Shown piece by piece: positions 1 to 13,034 of a DNA stretch of 64,000 nt. Made by a program: the position numbers and the translations under genes. How positions within the stretch are numbered: position 1 is the first letter of the stretch; every line of letters begins with the position of its first letter. The stretch is from Klebsormidium nitens (lineage: Eukaryota > Plantae > Klebsormidiophyceae). The stretch lies in the NCBI GenBank assembly GCA_000708835.1, contig DF237088.1, forward strand, positions 112,461 through 176,460, in the 5' to 3' direction. The notes beneath the pieces are model-generated. The model saw only the letters and a program-made list of their open reading frames with translations. It made no database searches and had not been told where the DNA came from.

Positions 1-203
1 TTGAAACGGGCTACATCATCATCTCAGATTTCAGCCGGCCCAACCGGTTCGCTGAACAACGCTTTGGGCAGGCTTTGGAACCGCACTTGAGGAGCAAAGG
101 GTAGTCAGACATTCGTCGTCAGTGCAAGTATGACAATCTTCGGGCCGCTCGAAGATACATCACGCCGAGACTTCGTGATGATTTCCAAAAGACGGTGGCT
201 TAC

Positions 204-2390
204 CATTTTGCTGGCACAGTGAAGAGCCCGAAAATGCTGTACAGCAGGAAAACAGCGTCAAAGCGAATGCACTCTTTTGCTGTCTCATGGAAGTCAGATT
301 CGAGGAAATAAAGAGGCGACCATGCCCAGTCGTTCGACGTGACCAGATGGCCGCAAGGCTTGAACATGAAGTGAACCTGAGGCCCTGCGATAAGAGATAA
401 AATGTGGCCTCACAGCAAGAACGTGATCGCTGAGGCGTTCCTGAACAGTGGTGACAGATCGTCACTTTTGAGAACAACCACTGCTAGTGATGCTCAAGGC
501 TGTGAACTTCGCTCTTCACATCTTCAAATCCCGCCAGTCCCCAAGCACCGTCCATAAACTCGTGAACCAACTTACGCTCGCACTGTCAAAAAATTTCTCA
601 TCTGTAATCTGCGACTTGGTTGATGGTCCTCACCTCCTGCTCTGCACCCCGCTCATGTTCGTCTCCACGACAATCATAGCAAACAGAATCCCGGAAAAGC
701 CCACAGAGCACTGATACACGAGGTCCGGGAACTTGATGGCGGCGGCATATGCCGCCCCCGTGTGGAGTATTGCGTTGGTCACGGCAAACAGGAGGACGGC
801 ATATGCATAGCGCACGGAGCCCAGGATGCGCTCGAGGCCCGCGCCCATCGGGACGAAGGAGAGCATGTTGAAGGCGATGTGAAGGAGGCCGGAGTGGATA
901 AGAATGGAGGAGAAGGGGCGGTAGACTGCAGAAGGGGGGGGAGAGAAAAGGGTGTGACTGGGCAGATTGGATACGATAGAAATGGGAAAAATGGGTGGAC
1001 GAGAAGGGGTAATTGGATAAACATGGAGGAAGAGAAAACGTGTGAGTTTGAGAATTGGGGAAGTGGTTTGAAGGTAACTGGCAATGAACGGCGAGGAGTC
1101 ACAAATCAGCCTGAGTGGAAAGAACGACATGTCTCTGAAAAGGAGAGGAGGGGCAGCGGACTTAGGAGATATAAGAAAAAGCAGGGTCGGAAAAAGGAGA
1201 AGCAAACCAGGGGAGGAGCGTAGTGCGGGACTGAGGGTAGAGAATGAAAGGAAGATGATTTTAAAAAGGGGAAACTTGACAGTAGACGTGGGCATAGGGC
1301 GTGACTAGAAAGTTGGTGAGGAGATTGGTAGTAGATGACAAGGAGTTGCAGAGTCAGGGTGATTGGAAAAACTGAGAGGCTTTTAGGACAGCGAAGAAGG
1401 GGCAACACACTGCGAATCTGTAATCGAAGGACGAGTGGGAGAAAGAGAAGCTAACGACATTGTACTGTGAATTGGAGGGGGAAAAGGGGTGATGGGGAGT
1501 GAGAGAAGATCGTCCAGGCTTGGGCCGACAAAGAGATGAAGAAAAGGGAGTAGATGGGCCCTTGCGTGAGTAGCATCTGCTTTGGCATCTCTTTGGTGTT
1601 GGACAATCACTGACCACAACAAGGTCTTTCCAACCGACGCACATAACTCTGCATGCTTCACACCCCCCCAACAATGTTCTCGGCAACTGAGTCAGGTTCA
1701 AGCGACAACTTCCGGCCCTTCAATCAAAAGATCTTCAAATCTGGAAACAAGGTTAGCAACACTCTGCACGACCAGGGGGCATAAGTTCCTGAAGCTTCGT
1801 ACTTGCGGAAGCCTACAACACAAGAAATATACCCATGTGTCCCCGCCACTTATGTATTTCTGGGCGGCAATTTCGACTTGTCTTTCTTCGTATCCGCGTC
1901 AACTGTAGTACTCATAAAGTGAGAGCACGTCGTTTTTAACAACTACTGCCAGCTCGTGGGTTGAGTTACCTGGGATTGCTCACCTTCCCACTGCTCCACC
2001 ACATAGAAAGGCGCCATGCACAGGTCCTTGTAATCATCAAACCCAGTAAGAATACCAACCACGTAACTGGCTACGCAAGTGATGAGGATGCAGCAGGTGA
2101 TGATCGGCTGGGACGAGAGCCATGATGTGACTCGCGTAGTCAGGCTCGCCTACAAAATCAAAGTGGGGCAAATCCAATCAAGTAGAATAGCACAGTTGAA
2201 TAATGCACTTTCCAATGGGCGGGGACTCGTTCTTGTCACTGGAGTCCACAATGTCAAGTGCCTGCAGTGAAGCTTTTCATGTCCGGTGCAGCTTCTCCTA
2301 AAGCGTGCACCTTTGCTTGTGGCATCAGCGAAGAAAGAATAGGGCCAAGTGTCGAAGGGCACTCACCTCCTGTACCACGTTAGCCGGCAT
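204..2390 (-). CDS. RBL15: Rhomboid-like protein, RBL15 type (3' part runs off the left edge of the window)
   Basis: Exons 2390-2367 (MPANVVQE|gtgagt), 2149-1984 (ASLTTRVTSWLSSQPIITCC...FYVVEQWE), 925-634 (VYRPFSSILIHSGLLHIAFNMLSFVPMGAGLERILGS...SVGFSGILFAMIVVETNMSGVQSR) and 236-204 (SIFGLFTVPAKW). All joins are in frame with GT-AG ends. Rhomboid HxxFN and GxSG motifs are present and the sequence is colinear with plant RBL15 as recalled. Confidence 0.9.
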
Positions 2391-3192
2391 CTTTCTCGGG
2401 TTTCAAAGCGACATGAAAGTGTAACAAAAGGCTCAAATTATGCAATTCAAAGTTGTTCCCTCAATCTGCTGCTTGCTGGCTTGCTTCCTGTCGTTGAATG
2501 CGCATACGCATCCCCCTTCATCCGCTTCAACACTTCAATTTAGATAGGTACGCCTCAAACTCAAAAGATAGAGTGCCTGCCAGTGCTGGTGCCAGCTGCC
2601 CGCGGGTGCATCATGACATTCATGAATGCTTCCTGAACGCCATCACCCTGCGCTGCGGAACGTTGGTGGTGGGTTACCCATAACAGTGTAGAAACTTATT
2701 GACGATGCCCTGCCGTTTGCTTCGTCGCGTCGTGCCGCGAAATGAGCGGCCGGCCAAGTCGGCAGTTTAGTGAGAGGCAACAGCTCTTGCCGCCTTCTAC
2801 CGTTTCAGAAAACAGAGCTTTGCCAGTCGGCAAAATTCCGGTTTGGTTCTGGGGTTAACGTGGGTCGATGCAGACACGGACTTTCGTGCCTGGGGAGAAG
2901 CTGCTCACTAGCTTTGCCTCCGGAGATGCTGAACACTCCTCAATTCAACATGATGCTCTCAGCTTGATTGAAAGCTGATTGCCAGGAATGGGAGCGCCAT
3001 TGAGCAGCATTTCGATTGGCACGTCGACATTCTCCAGCTGACATCTTTGCTTTTTCTCAGCTTTGCAGAGCTACCCTTGACTCACCGCTTCTACTACTAG
3101 GATTGCGGGCGAGATCCGTAGAGACCAGAAGAGCCACAGATTAATGTGCAGTCAAATATCTTAGGAGGCCAGCCTTTGGTCCGAAACTGCTG

Positions 3193-3867
3193 ATGAAGAT
3201 GTCAATAGCAGGCTGTTGTACCACCCCTCATGTACATCACGTCCCAGTCTTTGAAAATGGGATACTTTTTGTGAAAAACAAATACTGCCACTCTGCACCA
3301 GCCTCCTGTAGCCCAACTTTGCGAACACGAGAAAACTGGTCAGAGGATGGCCGGGTAGCTTTTAGCCTTTGTAATCAGGTAGCGCATGTGGGGATCAGGC
3401 AGGCGGGGCACCGGAAATGCAGACGGAGGAGGCCAGCTTTCCCAGGGGCTCACGAGGGGTACTGCTCTAACCGAAACTACAAGGCCTCCAGGGTCTGTGC
3501 TGCGTCCAGGGACCCTGCAAAAGATTTCAGTCTGCGTGATGACTTTGACCAGAGCTGGGAAGGGGATAGGGTGGTCACTCCACCAAAGAGCCAGTACGAC
3601 GCCGCAGCTGAAGAAGTGGTTGAACGGACATGGGATATCTGGGACCAGCTGCCTTTCGACATCAATCAGCTGCCGTTTGACCTGAAAGGCTTCTTTGATC
3701 CATCCCCTGACAACCTGCTGGCTGTTGTGTTCACGAGCATTTTGGCTTTCATCCTTTTGCAACTGGCCTGGCAGTTTGTAGTGATCCTTGTGTCGGTGGC
3801 GTTCTATTCGATCAAGTACGCAGTTCTGGGGCTCATATTAGCTGTCATCATAGTTTACACTATCTGA
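3193..3867 (+). CDS. Unknown membrane protein, probably plastid-targeted (intronless 224-aa ORF)
   Basis: N-terminal half is basic and Ser/Ala/Arg-rich like a transit peptide (...SRVCAAS). It is followed by an acidic middle and a long hydrophobic C-terminus (LLAVVFTSILAFILLQLAWQFVVILVSVAFYSIKYAVLGLILAVIIVYTI), probably 2 TM helices. The start codon is uncertain. Confidence 0.7.
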   Translation: MKMSIAGCCTTPHVHHVPVFENGILFVKNKYCHSAPASCSPTLRTRENWSEDGRVAFSLCNQVAHVGIRQAGHRKCRRRRPAFPGAHEGYCSNRNYKASRVCAASRDPAKDFSLRDDFDQSWEGDRVVTPPKSQYDAAAEEVVERTWDIWDQLPFDINQLPFDLKGFFDPSPDNLLAVVFTSILAFILLQLAWQFVVILVSVAFYSIKYAVLGLILAVIIVYTI

Positions 3868-5325
3868 TTGCTCCTTAAAAGTAGGCAATGAGGGCGGGAT
3901 GAGAATAAGGTCTTGCTGACCTTTGTGGGTTGTGTCACCCACTGCCTTGCAAATTCATACGACAATGATGAAAAGGATGCCCATATTCAGCGGCACTTTC
4001 CTGTCCGGTTGTGCTGCCCGTTCACAACTACTCAGTCGTCCCAGCTTATTCGTCGGAGCTTACCTGAATACGTAGATGAGGATCCTTCTTTCAGCGGTTG
4101 AAGTACTTTCATGACTTGATCCTCATGATGTGTTCCAGAAAACCGAGTCATTTTTGCACACCGTTCGGGATCCTTGACTTTTACGACTGAACCTTCAAAG
4201 GAGACTGCTAGCTAAAGAATCACTCACATTGTGCGCCTGTGTTGTCAGCTCGAATCGTATTCATTGCAGACCAACTTAGACGAATCTAGAGTACGCCGGA
4301 CGTATGTGGCTGGCAGACTTCTCAATGTAGGATCGCATCATTGAGGCAGTGACCATGTTTACTCAAAAGAATTTGTGAATGCACATGAGATACATTCGAG
4401 ATCTTCTGAAGAACCTTGCACAACTGTAGAACTAGGTATATGGAGGTGGTGGCCGTGTATAAAGGCAGATCAGATTCAGCAATGACACCGTGCTAATCGA
4501 CTTAAGCTTCATTCTGGTTTTACGTCGGGTTAGCATGATCTGTGCATTAGCTATAGTCAATTATATATGATATAGCTACTTCAGCTGCACATGCGTACCA
4601 AGACTCATGCACCATCGTGGCGCGGCGCCGAGCATGCAGCTATATTATTCAATTTTAGTATGGATTAAGCACGTATATCGTAACTTAAAGCGTTCAAGGC
4701 CAACTTTGCGGCTCCATGATTAGTTAAAGTAAACGTCACACACTGCATCGGAATAGCTTGTAGTCGCTGCATGAGCGCGGAATCATGGCCGGTCTAGAGT
4801 TGCCGCACGTGGCTTGCATTGAAAGCAGATCGCTGCCTAGACAGATCTATCCGAACTTGACTTTGTAACGGATGCTTCAAGCGTTCAGTGATTAGCTGAA
4901 GCAAGAGAGGCATGCGCAGGTGATGATTCTCTTAAACCACCGCGTTTGCACGCCCGACTTTTAACAATTGCATGAACAATGCACATCAGTCCAGAAAATC
5001 GAACGTCCCAATGTGCCCTGCAAGTCGTGGCCACAATGAAACGACAGCAGCATGCCTCTTCGATCAAAAGTGTGTGCAACGCAACAGTAAAGCACATGGT
5101 CCTCTTGTATGGTTTCAAGGACTTGATGTCGGCTTGCACTCCAAACTGCTAAGTCAAGTGGCCACTTGATACCTCTTACTACTGCAAACAACTTGCCTTT
5201 CCAACCTCGCAACCAAAGGCCAAAAGCCCCAGCCGTACCTTTGTGATTGCACAACTTCCGATTACCTCGCAACACGCATCTGTGCACAACCCGAACTTCG
5301 CTTCCCCACGGATGCTGCAACACCA

Positions 5326-8300
5326 CTAGGTGTTCTTCTCCAACAGTGCCAAGGCGGGGGTCAAGTAGTTGTTGGACTTGTCCGGAAGGTGAGCCACCTG
5401 CAGGCGGAGTTCGGGAGAAACTTAGAACACACACAGAACTTGGCACCGGTAGGCCCAGAATGCGCTCGTCAGTACGTAGTCGTCTCTAAGCTCCATCCAG
5501 AAGGTTGCCTCGGCGAGTGAGTTCTCCCAGGAGGCTGATGAGCAGTATTGTCACAAGAACAGAACGGCTCTCTAACTGCGAACTCACAAAACCCGTCAGC
5601 CGTACCATCGCAACCTGAACTTGCGATCTCGCCCGTCAGCTTCCAAAATTACCCGCTGCAGGGGAACGCGTTTAAGCTTTCAACACGAGTACCGAGTCCC
5701 GCTGCCACCCGGATAGAGTTAACCCTGAAAGCCGACCGACTTTCAGAAAAAGACGTGATGCCCGACTCAGCCCTGCTATTGTCCGTTCTGACGTTTTCTC
5801 CTCAAGACACCGATTGGCAAGATTCAGAACCGTAGGAGGAACCCCGGCGGCCTGTGCTTACCAGCTCGTAGAGGCCCTGCCCTTGCTCCGAGGTGTACTC
5901 GTAGCAGACCTGCGCACACGTCATACACAAAATCAGTGGCCACGCAAAGATTGGGGTCTCCCGTGTCCGAATTGTTCTTCTTGTCAATGAACAAGCAGGA
6001 CAACCGCTGAGGATCCAGTTCAACTTTGATATGGAGCGGTTTGATGGGGATTAAGATGGGGATTAAGATGGGGATTAAGCTAGGCAGAGTACGAGACAGG
6101 TTCATTTTCAGACGCCTATAATGCCCAGCCTAAGATGCAAAATATACGAAAGAGGCCATTGCAAGCTGTGGGTGAGGGTCGGTTTCCTTCTTCGCCGGGT
6201 TTGCCGAGGCGTGAGAAGCGAGGCTGGTGTTGGAGGTAAAGCCGCTCACCTCGAAACTCTTGTTTCTGGCGGTACCGTCGTGAAGGGCCTTGACGCACAC
6301 GTCGGCCACGTCAGCGCAGCTGATGCTCTGCACAGCCAACCCAGTTGCAAGTAAGATGCGAGGTCTAAAACCCTTTACAAATTATGATCCAAAAACTGCC
6401 GGCCACGTCCAGAGTCTGAGGCAAACGTAGAGAGCCGTCACAGTTCTGGCAATGCTGCTCCCGATCAGCCAATGTTGACTGTGGGGACCAAAGCTCTAAC
6501 GCAACTCAGTTCTGGAATAGTTTGAAACGGCAGCTGGCGAGCGTCTTACCTGCGTTATCCTGTTCCCCTGGTCGAAAACGAGGGCGCGAGAACCCCCCGG
6601 CTCCTCCTGCAATCAGTTTTAGTCAGACTCGGGATCAGAGTCCGTTGGAGAAGCCAATCGTAGCTTTGAGTCATCGATGATTCCGTCAGTTCTTGTACTG
6701 GTGGCTTTTTCCTCACAACCATTGGCAGGGCGTAGGTTTGAGAGTTACAATTTGATTGCGACTTAGGCAAGCTCGCAGAGTGAGCCGCTATCAACTTTGC
6801 CGCAGCGGCGGAACAACGAATCCAGTGCTGGTCAATGTCGAACGTGGTATCGCAAGGGGCTTTCCCAAGAGGAAGCTCAAACCAGCTAGCAATGAGGCTG
6901 TGCCAGAAACAGAGCAGAATTTTAGCCCAACTCACCAGTAGGGGGCCCGGCCGCACGATAGTGTACCCGAGGCCCGAGTTCCGAAGGCTCTGCTCCCCAG
7001 CCTGCAGAACAAAAGCAGAGAAGCCCGCTCAGGCAACGAGGCAATAACCGGGAACAGCACTTTCGATCGGTATGCTTATGAGTGGCAACCAGGGTTCACC
7101 CGATCATTCGAAGGCGTTCATGCTCTCAAGACCAAGAACCAGCTTTGATACACATCGGACGGCCGTTTGACTTGGCAGACAAAACGTTCAAAGGTGGGAC
7201 AGCTTGGGCTCAGGGAGGGCGTGGGTGCTGAGCGCTTCAACTCTTGTTTCAGGTTTTGGTACTTGTGACGGGGCACTCTGGTTGTTTACTGGAATGGCTC
7301 CTATGAGAGTTGCGAGTTTGTCAAGCTATGTTCGCCATCAATAGCACTGCGTGGGAATGCCCAGCTTTTAGCAAAATCCTGCAGCCAAACGCCCGGTTGC
7401 GTGGCAGACATTGACAAGCCGCGCGCACAGGCAATCAGGCACGTAAGTGCAAGTCAAGGTCTGGCGCGTTTTCAATGCGCTCCAGGAAACTTACGAGCTT
7501 CGCCCTGAGTACTTTCTCCCGGTCCTCTTCCTCCACTCCTGCGCCTGTGCACGACACCAAGATGAAATCTGGCTCCTCCCCAGCCTGCGGCAGACAAAGA
7601 TTGTGAGTCGGAAGCGGGCAGGTCTGAAACATTGTCAAAGCAAGCCGAAGACTTGCACTGTCATTTAAGCTCACGCACTGCTTGTGTTATACATGCTACC
7701 TGTTACTAGATTCTCGGCCAAGCGAAAGTCGGCCTTCGCAAGGAACGCTGCTCGGAGATGAAGCGAAATGTGCCAAGCAACCTCCTTCTCTCAAATTCTT
7801 TACCACGACCAGCAGCCCCCAGCGTTTACTGCGCAACTGGGATTCGCACGCTTCCTCTATCCTCAAGGCAGCGAATGTTTCGGCGGCTTCTCGTTCTCTA
7901 CCGCACCCCTTAACGGCGACTTCCAACGAAGATTCCAAGCGTGCGCTCACCGGCAGTGCTTTGATGAAGTCCACCTCGAGCTTGAACCGGTTGCTCCCGA
8001 GATCCGTCTCCGTTGCGCCTGGCACAAACTCCGGGCCCTCGCTGCTCGTGTCGATCTCCGCAATCGCCTGCATGGGGTCTACCCGCCCCGCCATGACCTT
8101 CTTCTTCTTCTGAGCAGGCGCGCCAGCCAACATCATAGGGGCCCTCTGCAGGAGATAACGAGCGTCCTGGTCGGTTGAGCGACTGAAGCGGTTCCTCAAA
8201 CCAACGGAATGCAATCTTCAGTCGTTTATAAGTTTCGTTTCGTTCGCAGAGTCCCTGCTGGGCTTGTTTGTTGAACTGGAAACCTGGCGGTCAAGAAGTC

Positions 8301-11300
8301 ATTGCAAGGAATAGTCAACCTTCAGAGGCAAGTTTGGAAGCGAATGAGTGCTCGTGATTTCGGAGACAAGCCACAGTATGGAGGGCAACGAAATTCCTCA
8401 GGCCCTAACCCCCCAGAGCTCTGCAAAGAAGCATAAGTCCAAGTGGAAGTTACAAAGGAGGCGACATCCAAGCAACTGATGGTGGTGCTTATCACATCTT
8501 CTGGGGGGGTGCCTAAGAAGACCGGAGCTCACCACTTTCTTCGGCTCAAACCGGATGGACATTCTTTTGACCTGGGCCGGGTCTAGCGGGGGCTGGTCGG
8601 GGCTTCCTGGCCGGAAGTCAGAGAAAGGCAAGCGGACCTGCAGCACAACGGGCGATTAGACAGCGCGTATCAGCAGTATGTGCGAGGAGGGATAGAGTCC
8701 GAGAAGGCCAAATCGGCGCGAAACTTGGGCTTCGAGCCCTGGTCATACGGTCAAGAATTGGAACTCTACCTCTGTGTTCCTTCAAGCCCTTTGTAACAAC
8801 TCGAAATGCGCAATTTTTCGTCTGTAGCTGGAAGAGACAAACCCCATGTGCACATTCATGTGTCAGCACAACCAATCTTCTTGAAGACGGCAGTCAGATC
8901 GTGCACGCAGAAAGCATGGGTTCCGGCGCTGCACTTACCCTGGCATAGCCCACTCTAGTGGGGAACTTGTACGTGTACTCCATGGGCGGCCCCCCTTCCC
9001 ATTTCTCCATTTCGAGGACGAATGTGTACGGCTTGCCGTCACCACACACGCGGATGAGCAGGCCCTCGAACCTGCGAAACCACACAGGATCATATCTCCG
9101 CATAGATAGCCTACGAATGAGCTTCCAAATGCTAGCACAATCAATCATGCTGACGTCGAAAGAACGACATGCTGGAAACACATCGAGCTGCAGGCAGTAA
9201 CAATCCCCGAATGGTGTGCCGAAAGGCTTTCGCCTTGAGCGAATCATCTGATTGATTTCACAAACCCAGTCGCCTGGGCGAAGAGTAAAATATAATGTTT
9301 TCTGACTGACAATATAGAAGATGAAGACCCGAGAGAGTGTCTGGGAGCGCGGCTATCGAGGTCTGCCCAGGCAAGTTCAGCGCACAGCTCGTTCTGCTGT
9401 CTCACCGTGACAAAGAGACACCCTCCGGCAGCTTGAGCTCAGTCGTCATCTCAACAAAGCCCCCCCTAGTGTACACGTAACCTGCAAAGAGGTAGGTGAG
9501 CTCACACGAGTCCGCTAGACAAGCACGGAACGCTTGAAGTTAATCATGCACGAGAATTTGGGTGTGTCCAGCGCGCCAAACCATGAAGGACATCCGGCAT
9601 TGTCGAAGAACCCTTTCACATGCAAAGAGAGTGCTCTCACGGTCAAAGGACAAGCAAACACGCAGCTCCCTTGAGAGGATTTCCTGGATGCGCACCTTGA
9701 AAGAGCCCCATGCTCCTTTCGCCCTCCCTTTCCGTCAACTCAAGTTCCGCGTCCATTCCCCCGTCGTACAGCTTGCCTAGAATGTCCTCATCCTCCACCC
9801 CGTCCCTAAGATCCCACTCATCCAGCGTCGACTCCTTCGAGAATCTCGCAAGAGTCACCTTGCTCCGTGCTGATTTGCCGGCCCGCTTCTGGGCCAACCG
9901 GTGGTTATAGTCCTGGAAAGAGGATCAGGGACATAGCTGGCTCAGATTCCTGTTGTTGCAATGAGTAACCCCTCTTTTAATCCACACCACCAGTTCAAAG
10001 GCCAGGGCTTTCGCAACAGATTGTATCTAAGCCCTGCTTCAAAAGGAGACATGACGAGCTTTTGCTTCCGGATGAGCTCTGGGTACAGTCTTAGTCATGG
10101 CACAGTGTTGCAAACTATAGTGGACATGTACAAAGGGGCAGACCTTCACAGTTGTGGAAATAACCTGAGTAACCCAATGACCACCTTCTCGACTTTCCCA
10201 CATTAGCCATCTTCAAGCACCCATTGAAGTGGACAGCTCTCAAAACACAGTCCCTTTCTTATTTTAACTTATGAAAGCGGACGTTGTCCACCAGAAATAC
10301 AAGTGGTGCTCCTTGCAAGAGTGGTAAAAGGCCAGTGGACCACCACACAGGATCCCGGGCGCAAGATACTCATGAAAGGAAGTATGCTTCACATGTTGGT
10401 GTTGAAGATGCGGAAAATTGCTGCTTCCAGGTACCTACCAGGAATGCCTTGGCCAGATTTGCCACCCCCTGCTGCTCCACCCGCGTCAGGTCCCCACTCA
10501 GCATCGACGTGGCGCGTGTGCAACAAATGATCTTGTTCACGCCCTCCACTGCTTTCGAAAGGGTAGTTGGATCCCCAATATCCCCCACCACGTGCTGCAC
10601 CACTGTCGGCAGTTTTTCTAGCGTCGCTTCGTCGCTGCTCCGCACCAGAGCCTGCAGCATGACGATATGCAGCTGGTCGAAAGTAATTCCAGCATGTGCC
10701 ATGCGATTGAAGGGTGATTGCATCTCTGCTCAAAAAGTGCGCAGCAATTTCCAATCAGCGGGGGGTGCGAGCATCGGTGATATTAACGGCACAAACTTCT
10801 CAGCACCTTCAGGATGGGCGCTAGTGGTGGCAGTTGGGAGTATGGCCCTGCATAAAGGAGTCGTTAGTTGGCGATATGTTCGAACTTCTGAGGCTTCTCA
10901 CTTGATATTCTGAACTGCCTTGGAAGGCAGCTGGTTGGGTGTGGACCACAGATAGCGCCGGTAGCTGTGCCAAGATGCGGAATGTGGCTAAAACAGTCAC
11001 CACAATCTGACAGTGAATTCCTTTCCATCTCACCTTGACTGTGTACCCTCTCAGCAGCAGCTTCCGGACAAGAATGCGGCCCACTCGTCCAGTGGCCCCA
11101 GCAACCAACACGGTGGTGAATGCAGCATCAGGAATGGTAAACTCGCACATGGGGCCTCCAATCTGTAGCACACATTGGGGTCACAGATGAGCATACTTAC
11201 TGACGCTTCTGGTCCACCATGCACTGCCGCCAGTGACAGCTTTTAGAAGCTATCAGCGAATGTTCCAAAATGTCAATATTAGAAAATGGCAATAAGGAGA

Positions 11301-12044
11301 CCCTTTCTTGAAAAGCAGTCATTTCACTTGCACACATTGCTCAGTAGGTTCGCCGACAATCAACATGAGGCTGTGACCTCATGGAGGATGTGCTTGAAGG
11401 GTTTAGTCCACCATGCGTTGCAAGTCTTGAGGAAAGCTTAAGTTCAAGGGGTTCAGGTGAACCAATCGAAGGCGGGCTGCATTGAAATGGAGCACACCGC
11501 CATACAGGCTGCACAAAGCTACACAATCCACAAGTATAGCACAACTCTTCTTAGAAGCATTTTCCGAAAGAGGAGCATCGCTCAGCCGGCCACTAACCAG
11601 AACTGTATCGACGTCAGAAGGGGAGGACCTCGTCAGCTGCCCAAGATCTGTCAGCCTCTTCCAGACATCATTGAAAAATTCTCGACTTCTCCGCCCCAAG
11701 CTGACGGGGTTGATGTCAGAAAGCGTGAGCTGAGCGTCCTCCTCTGTTGGTTTCGCTCTCTCCTGAACAACCTTTTCTTCCTCCTTTTCCTTGACTGCAG
11801 TGTCTGCCCCATTCTGCTCCCCGCTAGCCCGGACGCCCGGCGCCGGTTTTCGTCTCTCACTTAAACGCTGAGGAACCCCCAAATGCCTACTAGGAAACGT
11901 ATGGTTCCTAAGCGAGTTTGCAGTACCCGGTTTCCTAGAGTCAACCGCAAAAGCGTTGCATTGTGAGCACCGCCGCCCCTCCAATGTGAGCTGATGAGAC
12001 CAGCTCGCTGCAGGCCGCACCTTTGCTGCACTGTTGAGGGCCAT
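5326..12044 (-). CDS. HCF173: HCF173, an atypical SDR/NAD(P)-binding + CIA30 domain psbA translation factor (about 13 exons)
   Basis: Exons include MALNSAAK...FNDVWKRLTDLGQL, IGGPMCEF...VLVAGATGRVGRILVRKLLLRGYTVK, ALVR...VGDIGDPTTLSKAV, DYNHRLAQKRAGKS...YDGGMDA, YVYTRGGFVE, FEGLLIRVCGDGKPY, VRLPFSDFRP, DFILVSCTGAG, AGEQSLRNSGLGYTIVRPGPL, EEPGGSRALVFDQGNRITQ, SISCADVADVCVKALHD, VCYEY...LYEL and VAHLPDKSNNYLTPALALLEKNT* (TAG at 5326-5328). Confidence 0.96.
6043..6078. repeat. Perfect tandem repeat (GATGGGGATTAA)x3 in an HCF173 intron
   Basis: Three identical 12-bp units read directly at 6043, 6055 and 6067. Confidence 0.95.
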
Positions 12045-13034
12045 TCCCGCAACCTGTACACCACTTCCTCTACTGCATTGACTAGCTATGACGAACAAAG
12101 AAACCCGGGCGGTCACTTTACAAAGAAAGACGCCATGCCCGCCGCTGCATCCCTGCTCAACCCACTGCAAATGCGGCCCAAATGCGGCCTGTGCTCTGGC
12201 TGGGCCGGAGCACAGCTGCAGCCTGCAGGGGCAACTTGCACGGGAGAGCTACCGTAGGCAGGTGGCAGTTGCAGAATGCCGCTGAGTTTACCCATGCCAT
12301 CCTAGTGCGCTGCTTTGAGCCGTCCGATGGGACACTTTGAACTTGCGGCGTGCAGGATCGCCCTGTGCTTGTCCCCACATACGGCTGGTGTAGGGCACTT
12401 TCGAAGTGCGCAATGCGTTTAGGCGTACTTTTTGGGGACAGCGCGACACTGGCACCTGAACAGGAGCAGTTTCTGGTCTGGCTAGTTGCCACGTCGTCAA
12501 AGTCTTGCAACTAGAGCTGAGCCGCTTCGGAGCATGATCGGTAATAGGTAACGGTAAATGCAGCGACATTTTGTACTATTACTAATGTCAGTGTTGTTTC
12601 TCGACTTTGGACGAGCAGGCTCGCTCTAGTTTCATTTCGACCCCCTGAAATGGCGGGCTGCTGCATTCGATGATCATGCACATTGCTGCAGGGCAGGCTG
12701 TAGGGCGTCTTTCTTGAACTTCGCGTTCAATGAATGCGCCACCATTGCGCTCGCGTACAATGCTCCAAAACGTGTTCAGGCAGCTTCACCAAACCCGCCA
12801 GACTTTTTGTTCATTGTGACCACCATGTCAAAGGCAGGTTTTTACCCGTTGCTGGGAACCTGGGCATGGTGACATTTGTCCACTATCCAAAAAGCAGATG
12901 GTGTGCAGATAAAGGGTGGGCGTCAGCTCGCTGATTGTAGAATGCTTGAGATGACTTCTCGAGTGAACCTGTTGAAGTCCTGTACAATGCATGCACGGTC
13001 GTTTTTGAAGAAGAGCGGAAGTCACAACCACAAG

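Noticed and set aside
630-1701. Several 100-220 aa ORFs on both strands
   Set aside because: They are read-through of the RBL15 exon into the CT/GA-skewed intron, with low-complexity translations and no motifs.
4961-5446. 161-aa minus-strand ORF
   Set aside because: It overlaps the last HCF173 exon and 3' UTR in another frame and has no recognisable domain.
12113-12569. ORFs upstream of HCF173 as a longer N-terminus
   Set aside because: I found no splice path that joins them in frame to MALNSAAK, so they are treated as leader or promoter sequence.
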